Part shown: in pieces, positions 1 through 11,884 of the stretch
Numbering within the stretch: the stretch's first letter is position 1
How the letters are laid out: each line of letters opens with the position of its first letter
Assembly (NCBI RefSeq): GCF_902713615.1
Contig: NC_052163.1
Location: 17,308,248-17,372,247, forward strand
Length of the DNA: 64,000 nt
Source of the DNA: Scyliorhinus canicula
Taxonomy: Eukaryota
Direction: 5' to 3'
The notes under the pieces: model-generated
Database searches by the model: none
The model's input: the letters and a program-made list of their open reading frames with translations, nothing else
Told to the model about the DNA's origin: nothing
Made by a program: the position numbers and the translations under genes

Positions 1-199
1 GGAGAAAGAGTGGTGGAAACAAATGAAAGAACTGCAGGTGAAAGGAAGGAAAGGATCACAATCACAGTGAGGATGATCAGGATCACTAAAAGCTGCACTG
101 GAACATTCACCGGAGTGATTCTGATATTAATGTATAATGCAAGTTTTCTCCATATACATATAACACCAAAGCACCATCCCCTCTCCAAACCTTGTTTAC

Positions 200-403
200 C
201 TGGGGCTTTGATTCCAGCAGCTGTGCGGAGTGCATTGTAGTGAGACACCCAATTTTCATGATTTACATCACCTTTGTAGCCAATAACTTTCACCCACTCT
301 GGATTTTCATTTACTACTTCCCCTGTGGTTGTAGTCCATTCCTTACCAAGTCCACCCACATAAAGGTGCTCATCTTTTACCGCCAACCATTCAGCTTTGA
401 AAC
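200..403 (-). CDS. CANT1: CANT1 internal coding exon (calcium-activated nucleotidase 1)
   Basis: Minus strand reads (G)[67 protein letters not shown](G). Acceptor ttcttaag| before 403, donor CCAG|gtaaac after 200; phase 1-1, 204 nt. Not in the ORF track. Confidence 0.96.
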
Positions 404-644
404 CTTAAGAAATAGCAGGACAAATTAAGGTTATAGCAAAGGTATTCCACAAATAATGTTCTGAATTAAGACAAAATGGCATATAACTCAAAATATATCA
501 AATAATGAGGGATGGTATTCCTATCCTGAGGATATACTCATGTTATTTATCTGGTACTTTGGAGTGCTGCGGTGCTATGGGTTCTAACCACTGCTCCTAC
601 AATACTATCAGATCCTCTTCCTACATGTTTTACTGAATGTCTTA

Positions 645-765
645 AGTTTATGTATATACATTGTGTATTTTTCATTGTGGAGTGATCTGCCTGGACTGGA
701 TGCAGAGCAATACTTTTCACTGTACCTCGGTAAACGTGTCAATAAATCAAATCAAATAAATCAAA
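645..765 (+). mobile_element. LINE 3' end (Rex1/Babar- or L2-type tail)
   Basis: CTTTTCACTGTACCTCGGTAAACGTGTCAATAAA followed by (ATCAA)n-type tail repeats. Confidence 0.5.
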
Positions 766-772
766 ATACCGT

Positions 773-1101
773 GGCAGCATGGTAGCACAGTGGATAGCAC
801 TGTTGTTTCACAGCGCCAGGGTCCCAGGTTCAATTCTCACTTGGGTCACTGACTATGCGAAGTCTGAACGTTCTCCCTGTGTCTGAATGGGTTTCCTCCA
901 GGTGCTCTGGTTTCCTCCCACAGTCCAAAGATGTGCAGGTTAGGTGGATTGACCATGCTAAATTGCCCTCCGTGTCCAAAAAAGAAGTTAGGTGGGGTTA
1001 CGGGATAACGTGGAGGTGCGGGCTTAGGTAGGGTGCCCTTTCCAAGGGCCGGTGCAGACTTGATGGGCTGAATGGCCTCCTTCTGCACTGTAAATTCTAT
1101 G
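773..1101 (+). mobile_element. HE1/V-type tRNA-derived SINE with CR1-like tail
   Basis: A-box/B-box head (GGTAGCACAGTGG...GGTTCAATTC), central GGGTTTCCTCC...CCCACAGTCCAAAGATGTGCAGGTTAGG domain, tail GGGCTGAATGGCCTCCTTCTGCACTGTAAATTCTATG. Confidence 0.88.
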
Positions 1102-1781
1102 GTAAACAGTTACAACAGTGAAACTTTGGTTCAGTGTTTATAATGAACTGCCTCAAATAATAGATCTTAAAAGTTTCCCATGTAACTACATGGAATAAAT
1201 CCCCAGTAGTCCTTTCTCCACAGTATTTTAATTTTATTAGAAAACTTATTTTGTATAGATTAGCCTATTTGGTAGATATAGAATTTCAATCTATTGGAGA
1301 AGTGGTTTTGGGGCCACAGAAGTGTGATTGGAAAAAAAAAGCAATCACACACTCAGGGCAAAATTCTAAACCGAAGAGCTACCGTAGTTATATTGACAAT
1401 GGATTGTGCAGATCACTTCCCCATCCTGTAAGAGGGTCAAAAAAATGTTACTGTCACTATCATGCATAAAAATAACAATTTTAGTTTAACAGAATAACAA
1501 AATGTGTTTAATAATCCAATAATTTACTACTAGATATAATAAGTTAAAGTAATTATACAGTACAGCAATAAGCTCTTTCTGAAGAAGAGACATTCAGTAA
1601 ATCTTCCACCTGTCTCTCTACCCTCATCTCTTAAGAGGTTTGTAAAGATTCCATGCTCAGGATGCTAAATTTATGGTGATTGACAGACGACAATATTCCA
1701 CAAGGCTAGTAGAAATTGCTTGTGCAAAAGAAGAATAAAATCGGTTATGCAAAAGAAGAATAAAATAAGTTATTATGGTAC

Positions 1782-2415
1782 CTTTCTCAACAGTTCCATC
1801 TCCATCTGAGAGAATTACCCAAGGGACTGCCTTATCGCCATCAATATCATATACCACTCCTGTCCTATCATCCACAGTGTAAAGCTTTCCATTAAATGCT
1901 ATGAGTTCTGACAATTCCATGCCACGTCCCTTTTCTGACAAATGCGTTTTGAGAATTGACACATTTTTGTCCCATTTAAGAGTCACTTTGTCACCACTGT
2001 TTGATAATATCAAGTAGCCTTTCTTTAAGTAACTAAACCAAGTGTCACTGTTGAGTTCATTCTTTGAGTTAGTGTCCAGGTCAGCAATCAGCCCAATACG
2101 GTATTGGATACCTTCCAGAGTCTTCTGTGGGGGCGAAAGAGGGTAAGTGTCATTGTATCTGTCCCTTGGAAAATTATCAATCTGCCAGTTGTGGACATTT
2201 CGCAGATGTGGGCTATTTGGGGAACTCTTGTGAAAATATAGCATGTATAGTATGAAGAGAACTATAGCAGCTATGAGTATAGTCTTCCATTTCAGGTGAA
2301 AACGTGAATCTCTTGTTTTTGTCATGGAAGCTATAACAGGAAGACCACCAATAGATATGTGAAGGGAGCTCATAGAATCATTTCCATTGGATAAATCATA
2401 TAGGTGTACAGACAT
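1782..2415 (-). CDS. CANT1: CANT1 first coding exon (cytoplasmic tail, TM anchor, start of beta-propeller apyrase domain)
   Basis: MSVHLYD...[17 protein letters not shown]...[10 protein letters not shown]...IADLDT...[27 protein letters not shown]...[15 protein letters not shown]. Acceptor cttttacag| puts the exon start at 2438; donor AAAG|gtacca after 1782 is phase 1, matching the next exon. Confidence 0.97.
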
Positions 2416-2896
2416 GAAGCTGCAGCAGAAGCAAAAACCTGTAAAAGAAAAACAAGATTAAGAAAAATTTCTTCATAGCTTACGGATTGACAATCAAAAA
2501 ACGTGAAGCATATGTGCAGGATGGTTATAAAAAGTGATAATTGTATGTAATTTCAGCACAATTATGGTATTCAGACAAATCAGAAGATATTGCTTTGATA
2601 ACTATTGTGGCTCAATGCAAATAAGTTACTTTTACAACCATTGGCACGACTGTACGCCACAAAATGCAAATTTTTACCAGAGAGCAAGTTTATAATAAAA
2701 CGGAGCAACAACTACACTCAGGTAATTTGAAACATCCTAAAGGGCTTTAAACATTAGTTGACACTGAAGCAAAGCCTAACATAATACCAATATACTCAAA
2801 TGCAAAACATAACTTTCTTGGTGTAATTTTAACCTTCCACAAAATCATTTTTGATTAACAAAAATTGCTTAACATGCTCTTTCCTGCTCACCTTGT

Positions 2897-3706
2897 GGGC
2901 ACGGTCTAATGGCCACGCTATGCCCGAAGAGCAGCTCGCCGTGGCGCAGCATGGCCTATGAAAGCCGGGAGACCCCATTCCCGGGATCTACCCGGCTCGC
3001 AAAGTCTCGTGAGATCTAATGCGATCTCGTGAGACGTTGCGATGTAAATTCCCCATTGTGGGTGGGATCACATTTTAGCAAATTTGCAAATTAGAGTGCG
3101 AGAGCTAGTCTCACTTTAATATGCAGTTTACAGAGGTAACTGAGTCATTGGTATCTATCCCATTTGCCTCAGAGACCTTGGGCCAGCGCCATTCAGCGTT
3201 GGTCCCCACAAAAGGAGACCAGACGGAATGACACTCGTGGGCGCCTCCCTTGGGGATCGGAGGTGCTAGGTGCATTCCCTTTGGGCAGGGTGGTACCCTG
3301 GCACTGTTGGTGCCATCCAGGCACTGCCAAGGTGATGCTGCCAGGGGCACTGCCAGGTTGGAACTGCCAAGGTGACAAGCTGCCATTTTTTGTGCACCAG
3401 CGATCGAGACGGGGTGCCCTGCGCAGATGTTGGGGGGGAGAAACGGTGATCACGTCGTCGCCCTCGGAGATTGCGCGTCATTTAAAAATGGCGTCCCAAT
3501 CTCTCGTTTTTCTGAGGGGTTGCAGGGAGCGGAGCTCCTCAGTGTAGCTAACGGGGCTACGTGCAACCTTGCGTTCCCCCGAGACCCCTTATTTAATGCG
3601 AGTGGCGCTATACAGCCAGGTGTTTCTTGGCGCTGCGAGCACCAAGAAACACGCGGTTAAAAGTGCTCCTCATTGGGCTTTGTTCCCATTTAGTTGAATC
3701 GCACCC
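2897..3706. mobile_element. MITE, PIF/Harbinger-like
   Basis: Imperfect TIRs GGGCACGGTCTAA / TTGAATCGCACCC; flanks TGT/TAT; GC-rich non-coding interior. Confidence 0.6.
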
Positions 3707-4247
3707 TATATCTTCTCCTGTTCTATCAAAACTAAAAGTGAATATTTCACTTGTGCTGTTTGAAAAGTTTGCATTGAATTTCAGAATCTAATCCACGGTG
3801 CTGTGTAAAGTTTGAAAGGCAGCAGTAGCAACACTGAGCTCTGGATCTCCCACTGTGTACTCCCCTCTAACCCCACCTTGACATTAGCCCACTGGTCAAT
3901 TCTTACTATTTTTCACCAGTATCTTATCCACAACCAAGTCTTGCCCTGAACTTTAGCTCCAAATATATACACATGAAAAATTATCAAATTATTTTAAGAG
4001 GTTTTATTAGACATATATGGTTTAGCACAGGCAACTTGGGTTATTTTCTCAAAGGAAATCAAGAAGATAGGACCTGTTGTTTATTAGGTTGCTGCACAGA
4101 TAATCCTCAACATTGCACCGGTTATCCTCAAATTTACTCCCAAATGATTCAATCATTTTGCATGGAATAGAAGACTAAATGTTTGGATGCCTGCATTTGT
4201 TTCATCACTCTTTTTAAATTTGGCCATCATAGTGCAGTGCTGATCAT

Positions 4248-4387
4248 CATACAGTGCAGAAGGAGGCCATTTAGCCCTTCGAAAGAACACATTACCAAGG
4301 CTCAATCCCCCGCCCTATTCCTGCAACCCCACCCTAAGAGGCAATTTAGCAAGGTAAATACACCTAACCTCCACATCTTTGGACTTT
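4248..4387 (-). mobile_element. HE1-type SINE 3' fragment
   Basis: Reverse complement of the GTCCAAAGATGTG...CTAAATTGCC...GGCCTCCTTCTGCACTGTA tail. Confidence 0.7.
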
Positions 4388-5409
4388 ACGCCTAACGTGT
4401 TCCACTGGAACACACCCTCCCTTCAACAACTTCCCATATATATCTGACACCTTGCCCTCTCCTATTTCCTCCTCGGACAGGAGTTTGTCCTGTACCCCCA
4501 TGCTAGCTGATTACAATCTATCGTTATTTCTCCAGTGTTCATTTACTGTATTATAGTGATGGCCAGCATTTAGTAAATCTCCTTTGAGTCTCAGTATTTT
4601 ATGTTAAATATCATGTAAACCTGGGGAAATATACTATATATATGTATATTTTTTATGTTGTTATTTATAACTTTTCCAATGAATGCTTTGAGAAAGTAAT
4701 CATTCAGAATATTCATCACCTACTTATTATATTTGCTTATTGTACATACTTAGCACATATTTGCATCTTCTGGTATTTTCACTTCTATTCTTACTTGTCA
4801 TACTGGAGAACATTTTACTCATCTATTTTGCATTTACAAGATGTGTTTTTTCAGTGTCCTAGTTCCTCCTCTGATCAACCTTTTAACTTGTTTCTACATA
4901 ATCCTACACTAATCACAGTGAGTGCCTTACCATTTTTCACTTCAGGATTTGTCAAGGTCATTTTACCACTATTTCATTTCTGATTTCTTTGTTACCCATT
5001 TAGGATCATGCTTATTTAATCTAAATTTGTTGATTTTAGATTGTTATCTACTTGTGCTGCATGTGAAGCGTTGTATAATCAGAGGTGTGGCATTTGCTTT
5101 TGACTAAAATATTGACAAAACACCTCCTTAAATCCACTTATTTCAATTCACACTCACCAATTTGCATTTAACCTTCGAAAAATCATAGAACCAAGATCCT
5201 GGAATCCCACATTATTGGGTCCCAGATAATGTCAAACTTGATTGCTCACACTCCCTTTGTCTTTTTGTCCACGACATCTTTGTCAATCTCCACCTATCGC
5301 TGGCCTCTATACTGCACCACTGCTCCATTCTATCCACCCGCCCCGAGAAGAAGTAGACAAGATTAAGTGACTTGTCAAACACATACAATGTCAAAATATT
5401 TCTTACTGG

Positions 5410-5603
5410 TTCCACTATCCAAACATCCAAGTCATCTCCTTCTCCATTCTCACCGAAAGCATTTACTTCCTGGTTTCCAGAAAGTGGCGACACAAAGTGA
5501 TGACTGTGTAGGTTTCTTCCAGTGTTGACATGTATCAGCCGTATTGACTGATCTCGTTTGATCAGTAGTCCTCTTGATAAACCTGCCCTGGCTTCCCTCT
5601 TAC
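5410..5603 (-). pseudogene. SDF2: Processed SDF2 (MIR-domain) gene fragment
   Basis: VRGKPGQVYQ/(frameshift)RGLLIKRDQSIRLIHVNTGRNLHSHHFVSPLSGNQEVNAFGENGEGDDLDVWIVE. HVNTGRNLHSHHF and SGNQ fit SDF2 better than SDF2L1. No start, no stop and no N- or C-terminal parts. Confidence 0.85.
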
Positions 5604-5761
5604 TTGGGAGACTGCCCGTGGCCGGAATTTTTAAAGCCGGTCGCGGCTGTTGGGAGACTTCGTCATACGACCAGGAACAACACAACAGATCGCTCCGCGA
5701 CCCTCCAGACACACGTCTGCGACCCACCCACAGGTCACGACCGTGAGTTTGAAAAACCCTG
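5604..5761 (-). mobile_element. One end of a hAT(Charlie)-like non-autonomous DNA element
   Basis: Terminus CAGGGTTTTTCAAACT (minus, 5761-5746), GGTCGTGACC/GGGTCGC subterminal motifs and a palindromic 8-mer CTTTAAAG immediately outside. The other end was not found. Confidence 0.55.
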
Positions 5762-5769
5762 CTTTAAAG

Positions 5770-5940
5770 TGAAAGTGAAAATCGCTTATTGTCACGAGTA
5801 GGCTTCAATGAAGTTACTGTGAAAAGCCCCTAGTCGCCACATTCTGGCTTCTGTCCAGGGAGGCTGGTACGGGAATCGAACCGTGCTGCTGGCCTGCTTG
5901 GTCTGCTTTAAAAGCTAGCGATTTAGCCTTGTGAGCTAAA
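5770..5940 (-). mobile_element. Short tRNA-head SINE with GTGACAATAAGCGATTTTCA tail
   Basis: B-box GGTTCGATTCCC; tail GGGGCTTTTCACAGTAACTTCATTGAAGCCTACTCGTGACAATAAGCG(ATTTTC)n; near-identical to the copies at 17938 and 47774. Confidence 0.85.
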
Positions 5941-6279
5941 GATGTTCCCATCACATTTATAAATCTTGTCCAATGGCCCCCCAGTTCTGTTATTTTGTCT
6001 TCTTTCAGTGTTCAGATATAAGCAGCTTAATGTAGATTTAATAGAGATCCAAAGGTATATTTCTGTAACTTTGAGGTACAAATGTAGAATTCTTTGTTGA
6101 AAAAAAGTACTCTCAATCACAAAAACATCTCCTTACCATTTCTAACACACAAGTAAATGATTTTTGGTGTTTTAATGGCACAGATGCTTGGGAGTTTGCA
6201 AATTCACAAAACTTGTGGAAATAACCAATTAAAGTTGAATAGCTCAGTCAAACGCAGAGCCTTGGGGAAATTAAATTTC

Positions 6280-9200
6280 TTTTTTTTTTTAAATCAAACA
6301 ATTTTATTGAGGTATTTTTCAGCATTGTAAACAGTTACAGATAACAACAAAAATACAAAAAAGGCAAAAATGTGCAAACATCAACGTAAAATCAATACTT
6401 CAATCGGACCATACTGCACAAGCCCGCTCCTCTGCCATTGACATTACCCGCCTATTTATCCCTCCTACTCTACTCTAATCTCCCCCCCCCCATGCTGACG
6501 TTCACTCTCCCGTGAAGAAGTCGATGAATGGTTGCCACCTTCAGGCGAACCCCAGTACAGATCCCCTCAAGGCGAACTTAATTTTTTCCATACCCAGAAA
6601 ACTTGACATGTCCGAAAGCCATATCTCGGTCTTCGGGGGTTTTGAGTCCCTCCATGCCAGCATTATTCGTCGCCGGGCTATCAGGGAAGCAAAGGCCAGA
6701 ACATCGGCCTCTTTCTCACCCTGGACTCCCGGGTCTTCCGAAACCCCAAAATGTGCCACCCCTGGACCCATCACCATCCTTGTTTTTAGCACCCGGGACA
6801 TGATCCCCGCAAATCCCTCCCAGTACCCCCTAAGCTTAGGACATGCCCAAACATGTGAAGGTGGTTTGCTGGTCCTCCCCCGCATCTCGCGCACTTATCC
6901 ACTATCCCAAAGAATTTGCTCATCCGAGCTACCATCATGTGGGCCCGGTGAATGACCTTAAATTGAATCAGGCCGAGCCTGACACATGTTGCGGTCGAGT
7001 TTACCCTACTCAGGGCTTCTGCCCACAGCCCGTCCTCCATCTCCCCGCCAAGCTCCTCCTCCCATTTGAGTTTCAGTTCCTCCGTCTGGGACTCTTCCCC
7101 CTTCATGAGCACCGTATAAATATCTGAGACTCTACCCTCTCCTCCAGAGACTATTCTGTCTTGGATCCCTATTGGCGGGAGGCGTGGGAAGGATGGGACC
7201 TGTCTGCGGACAAAGTCCCGCATCTGTAAGTACCTGAAGTAATTTCCCCTTACCAGCCCAAATTTCTCCTCCAAGCCCCTCAAACTCGCAAAGCACCCCT
7301 CCAGGAACATATCGCCCACCCTCCTCACCCCCGCCCGCCGCCATGTTCGAAACCTCTCATCCATGTTCCTCGGGGCAAATCGATGGTTATCACATATTGG
7401 AGCCCAGACAGATGCACCCACCTCCCCTACATGCCTCCTCCACTGGCCCCATATCCGCAGGGCCGCCCCCACTACCGGGCTGGTGGAGCACCTGGCCGGC
7501 GACAGCGGTAGGGGAGCCGTGACCTGGTGCCCCTGCACGAAGCCGCCTCCACCCACTCCCAGATAGACCCCGTACCCACCATCCACTTCCTTATCATGGC
7601 TATGTTAGCCGCCCAGTAGTTGATCAGACTCGGCAATGCCAGCCCTCCCTCGCTGCGGCTCCTTTTAAGCATCGCCTTCTTCACCCGTGGGGATTTACCC
7701 GCCCAGACAAAGCTCATGATGATTTTGCCAGTCCTTTTGAAGAAGGACTGTGGGATAAAGATTGGGAGGCAATGGAAGATGAACAGGAATCTAGGGAGGA
7801 TTGTCATCTTTACAGTCTGCACCCGCCCCGCCAGTGACAGCGGGAGTGCATCCCATCTCCGAAACTCCCTCTTCATTTGTTCCACCACCCTGGTCAAATT
7901 TAACTTGTGCACCTGCCCCAGTCTCGTGCCACCTGTATCCCCAAGTACTGGAAACTTTCCTCAACCAGCCTAAATGGCAGCTCCTTCAGTCTATTCTCTT
8001 GGCCCCTTGCCTGCACCACAAACATCTCACTCTTGGCCATATTTAATTTGTACCCTGAAAACCTGCCGAACTTCCTCAGTGTTTCCAGTATATTTTCCAT
8101 CCCTGCCAGTGGGTCCGACACATACAGGAGCAGATCGTCCGCATAGAGAGACCCTATGTTCACCCCGCCCCTGGTCATTCCCTTCCATGCATTTGCAGCT
8201 CTCAACGCAATCGCCAACGGCTCTATGGCCAGCGCAAACAGCAACGGGGAGAGTGGGCATCCCTGTCTGGTCCCGTGATGTAGTCTGAAATAATCTGACA
8301 CTACCCTGTTCGTCCTAACACTAGCTTTTGAGGCCTGGTACAAGTCTGACCCAATTCACCAGTCCCTCCCCGAACCCAAATCGTCCGAGCACCTCCCACC
8401 CCACCCGATCAAAGGCCTTCTCAGCGTCCATTGCCACCACTACCTCCACCTTCTTGCACGTCGGGGGCATCATGATCACATTAAGCAATCTTCTCAAGTT
8501 AGCTGTCAGCTGCCTGCCTTTCACAAACTCTGTCTGATCGTCCCCAATCACCTCCGGTATGCTGTCCTCAATTCTAATCGCCAGGACCTTTGCCAGGAGC
8601 TTGGCATCCACATTGATCAGGGAGATTGGCCTGTATGACCCACAGGATTCCGGGTCCTTGTCCCGCTTCAGTATCAGCGAGATGGTGGCTTGTGACATCG
8701 TCGGCGGCAGGGTCCCTCTGTCCCATGCCTCATTAAAAACCCTAGTCAAGACCGGTCCCACTAACTCCGAGAACTTCTTGTAAAACTCTACTGGGTATCC
8801 ATCTGGCCCCGGGGCTTTCCCCGACTGCATGGCCTTTGGGCCCCCCAATACCTCCTCCACTCTAATCGGGCCCCCCCCAGCCCGTCTACTAGTCCCCCGC
8901 CTACTTTTGGGAATGTTAGCCCGTCCAGGAACCTTTTCATCTCCTCCGGCTCTTCTGAAGTATACAGCCTACTATAGAAGTCCCAGAATACCTTATTCAG
9001 TGCTGCCGGGTCCTCCACTCTGCTCCCCTCCCCATCAATCACTCTATTTATTTCCCTGGCCGCCTCCCTCTTCCTGAGTTGCTGCGCTAGCAATCTGCTG
9101 GCCTTCTTCCCATGCTCAAACACCACTGTCCTCGCCTTCCTAAGTTGTTCCACGGCCCTACTCGTGGATAGCACCCCCAATTCCGCCTGTAATCTCCGTC

Positions 9201-11884
9201 TCTCCTTGAGTAGGTCCTCCCCCGGGGACCCCGCATGCTCCTCGTCTATCCGATACATTTCCCTAACCAATCTGTGCATTTCTGCTCTGTCCGCCCTGAC
9301 CCTGTGAGCCCGGATTGAGATCAGCTTCCCCCCTCACTACTGCCTTCAGCGCCTCCCACAGGGTTGCTGCTGAAACCTCCCCCGCATCTTTCACCTGCAA
9401 GTAGTTTTACATACACTTCTGAAGTCTCACACATATCCCCTCCCCAGACAACAATCCTACGTCTAACCTCCATTGTGGGCGTTGGTAATCCCCCCCCCCC
9501 CCCCCCGAGGGGCATGGTCCGAGATAGTGATTGCCGAATGTTCCGTATTCTTTACCTCCCCTACACAGTCCCTGCTCAAGATAAATAAATCAATCCTAGA
9601 GTATACTTTATGAACATGTGAGTAAATCGAGTAGCCCCTTCCCGTCGGCTGTCTGGCTCTCCATGGGTCCACTGCCCCCATTTGCTCCATGAACCCTTTC
9701 AGCTACCTTGCCATTGCTGGAGCCTACCCGTTCTGGGACACGACCGGTCCAGCCCCAGGTCAAGGACCATATTAAAATCCCCCCCCCCCCCCCCCCCCCA
9801 ATTATCAACCTACGTGAGTCTAGGTCCGGGATCTTCTGCAGCACTCTTTTGATAAAGTCCACGTCGTCCCAGTTCGGAGCATATATGTTCACCAGCACCA
9901 CTCTTCTCCCCTCCAGTTTGCCCCTTACCATCAGGAATCTGCCCCCCCCGTCTGCGACTACGCCTTCCGCCTCAAATTGAACCCGCTTATTGATCATAAT
10001 TGCTACCCCCCTGGACTTAGAATCCAAGTCCGAGTGGAAGACCTGGCTAATCCAGCCCTTCCTTAGCCTAGTCTGGTCAGACACTTTCAGATGTGTCTCC
10101 TGCAACATAATTACGTCCACCTTCAGAGCCCGCAAATGCACGAACACACGTGCCCTTTTAAATGGCCCATTTAGTCCCCTGACATGCCAGGTGATCAGCT
10201 TGGTTGGGGGGCACAACCCCCCCCCCTCCCCTCCATGCCGGTCAGCCATACCCTTTCTTGGGCCCGCCCCCGGCCCCGCACCATTCTTGGCTCACCTCCT
10301 GGCCGTCTCCACCCCCGACCTCCTTTCCATTACCTACGTCAGATCTCTCCACCCCCCCCCCCCCCCCCCCCCCGTCAGCAGAATAACACCTCCCCTCCCC
10401 CCCCCCCCCCCCCCCCCCCAGCTTCATCCCCCGGTAGCCCCACCCCTGTCATCCATTGGCTGTATTCTCCCCCCCCCCCCCAACCTGACTCCCTTGACTA
10501 GCCAATCTGCTAGCCCGGTGACTTATCACTCCGGCACCCACTTGTCCCATTCCCATTGTTACCCCGACCTCAACCCCACTCCCCAGCACACCATCCCCCC
10601 CTCCAACCCACTGGAGCAATCTCACTAACACGGGAAGGTCAAACAAAATGTAAACCTCAAACAGCCCCGCGAGGCTGCTCCAGGTGCAATACAGTTCCCG
10701 CCGCGTACACAGAAAAGTGTTAACCCACGTCCCTTTCCGAGCATTAATAAAATAACCCCGCAATACCCCAGTACCCATACAACACCCACCCGAAACAAAC
10801 CTAACAAACCATAAACATAAATAAAATGAAAGCCCCCAACCCACGTCTTTAATCCCCATTGCTGACCGGCCACCCAGTCCAGGCACAATCGGCGTCCCTT
10901 CAAACGGTGGTTTTCGGACCCTAGATTACGTCCGTGGGACATCTTTTCGGGACCAGCCCCTGATCCCTCGCAAAGTCCATCGCTTCTTCGGGCTCGGAGA
11001 AGTAGTGGAGTTGACCCTGATGCGTAACCCAAAGACGGGCCGGGAAGAGCAGACCAAACTTCATATGCTTCTTGAACAACACCTCCTTAACTTGTTTAAA
11101 GGCTGCTCGCCGTCTAGCCACCTCCTGGCTTAAGTCCTGGTAGATGCGAAGAACACTGTTATTCCACGTGCTGCTCTTGGCGCTCTTTGCCCACCGCAGC
11201 ACCCGCTCCTTTTCCACAAACCTGTGGAACCTAATCACCATCGGACAGGGGGGGGGGGGGACCCCCTTGTCTCGCCTGCACTCTGTATCAACAGGTCCGC
11301 CACAATCTCTGTGGCATCAGCTCCCTCAGCCCCCTCCAGGAGGCCGATGATCCTCAGATTTTGTCTGCGGGCTCTATTTTCCAACTCCTCTACTCTGTCC
11401 AGCAGTCTTCTCTGCCTCTCCTTCAACCCGTCGACTTCTAGTGCCGCAATCGACTGCGCATCCGCCTGCTCCTTCCGCCTCTCCCAGCTCCTTAACTTTT
11501 TCGTCCTGGGCATCCAGCCTCTGGTTCAGCTGATCCACTGCCTTCTGAAGTGGGTCCAAGTTATCCCGCTTCGACGACTCAAAGCTGATTTTAATAACCT
11601 GAGGCATGTTTTCCAGCGCTTGCTGGATTGCTGGGTCCGAGGTCCGCCATCAGGGTCCCGGGTCAGCTTCCCCTGCACCTTGTCTTTGTCCCTTCCTCTC
11701 CCATTTCCGATGCTTCCTGCTCTCCCGCGGTTCCATACAGCGCTGCCCGCTCCTCCGCACCTCCGTGGCCATCCTTTCACCGCTCCACAGTCCTGCAATG
11801 CCGGGTAACCAGGTCCTTAAGTCCCGCCGGAGTGCGAGCCCCCGAATGTGCAGCTAACTCACTCATTGCCGCAACCGGAAGTCC
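6280..11884 (-). mobile_element. Full-length L1-clade LINE (ORF1 + APE-RT ORF2, frameshifted)
   Basis: 15-bp TSD GGGAAATTAAATTTC at 6265-6279 and 11885-11899; 5' GGACTTCCGG; ORF1 pieces (LENRARRQNLRIIGL, IYQDLS); endonuclease (ITWHVRGLN, LQETH, NIYAPN, SRID, ISDHAP); RT (KAPGPDG, YRPISL, DAEKAFD, GTRQGCPLSP, LYADD); C-terminal CxxC...H; AATAAA and poly-A. Confidence 0.96.

Noticed and set aside
773-850. tRNA-like A/B-box sequences
   Set aside because: These are SINE heads continuing into the V-domain, not complete tRNA genes.
1657-1781. C-terminal extension of the 252-aa CANT1 ORF ([10 protein letters not shown]...)
   Set aside because: Intron read-through past the donor at 1782/1781; homology resumes in the 403-200 exon.
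5212-5727. 171-aa ORF as a novel MIR-domain gene
   Set aside because: Chimera of a hAT end, a frameshifted SDF2 fragment and unrelated repeat-like sequence; it has no ATG start.
9990-10628. Proline-rich and glycine-rich ORFs (also at 18415-18960, 29148-29768, 38408-39101, 51382-51732)
   Set aside because: Translations of poly-C/G runs and of GC-rich L1, MITE or CpG-island DNA with few stop codons; no domain signal.
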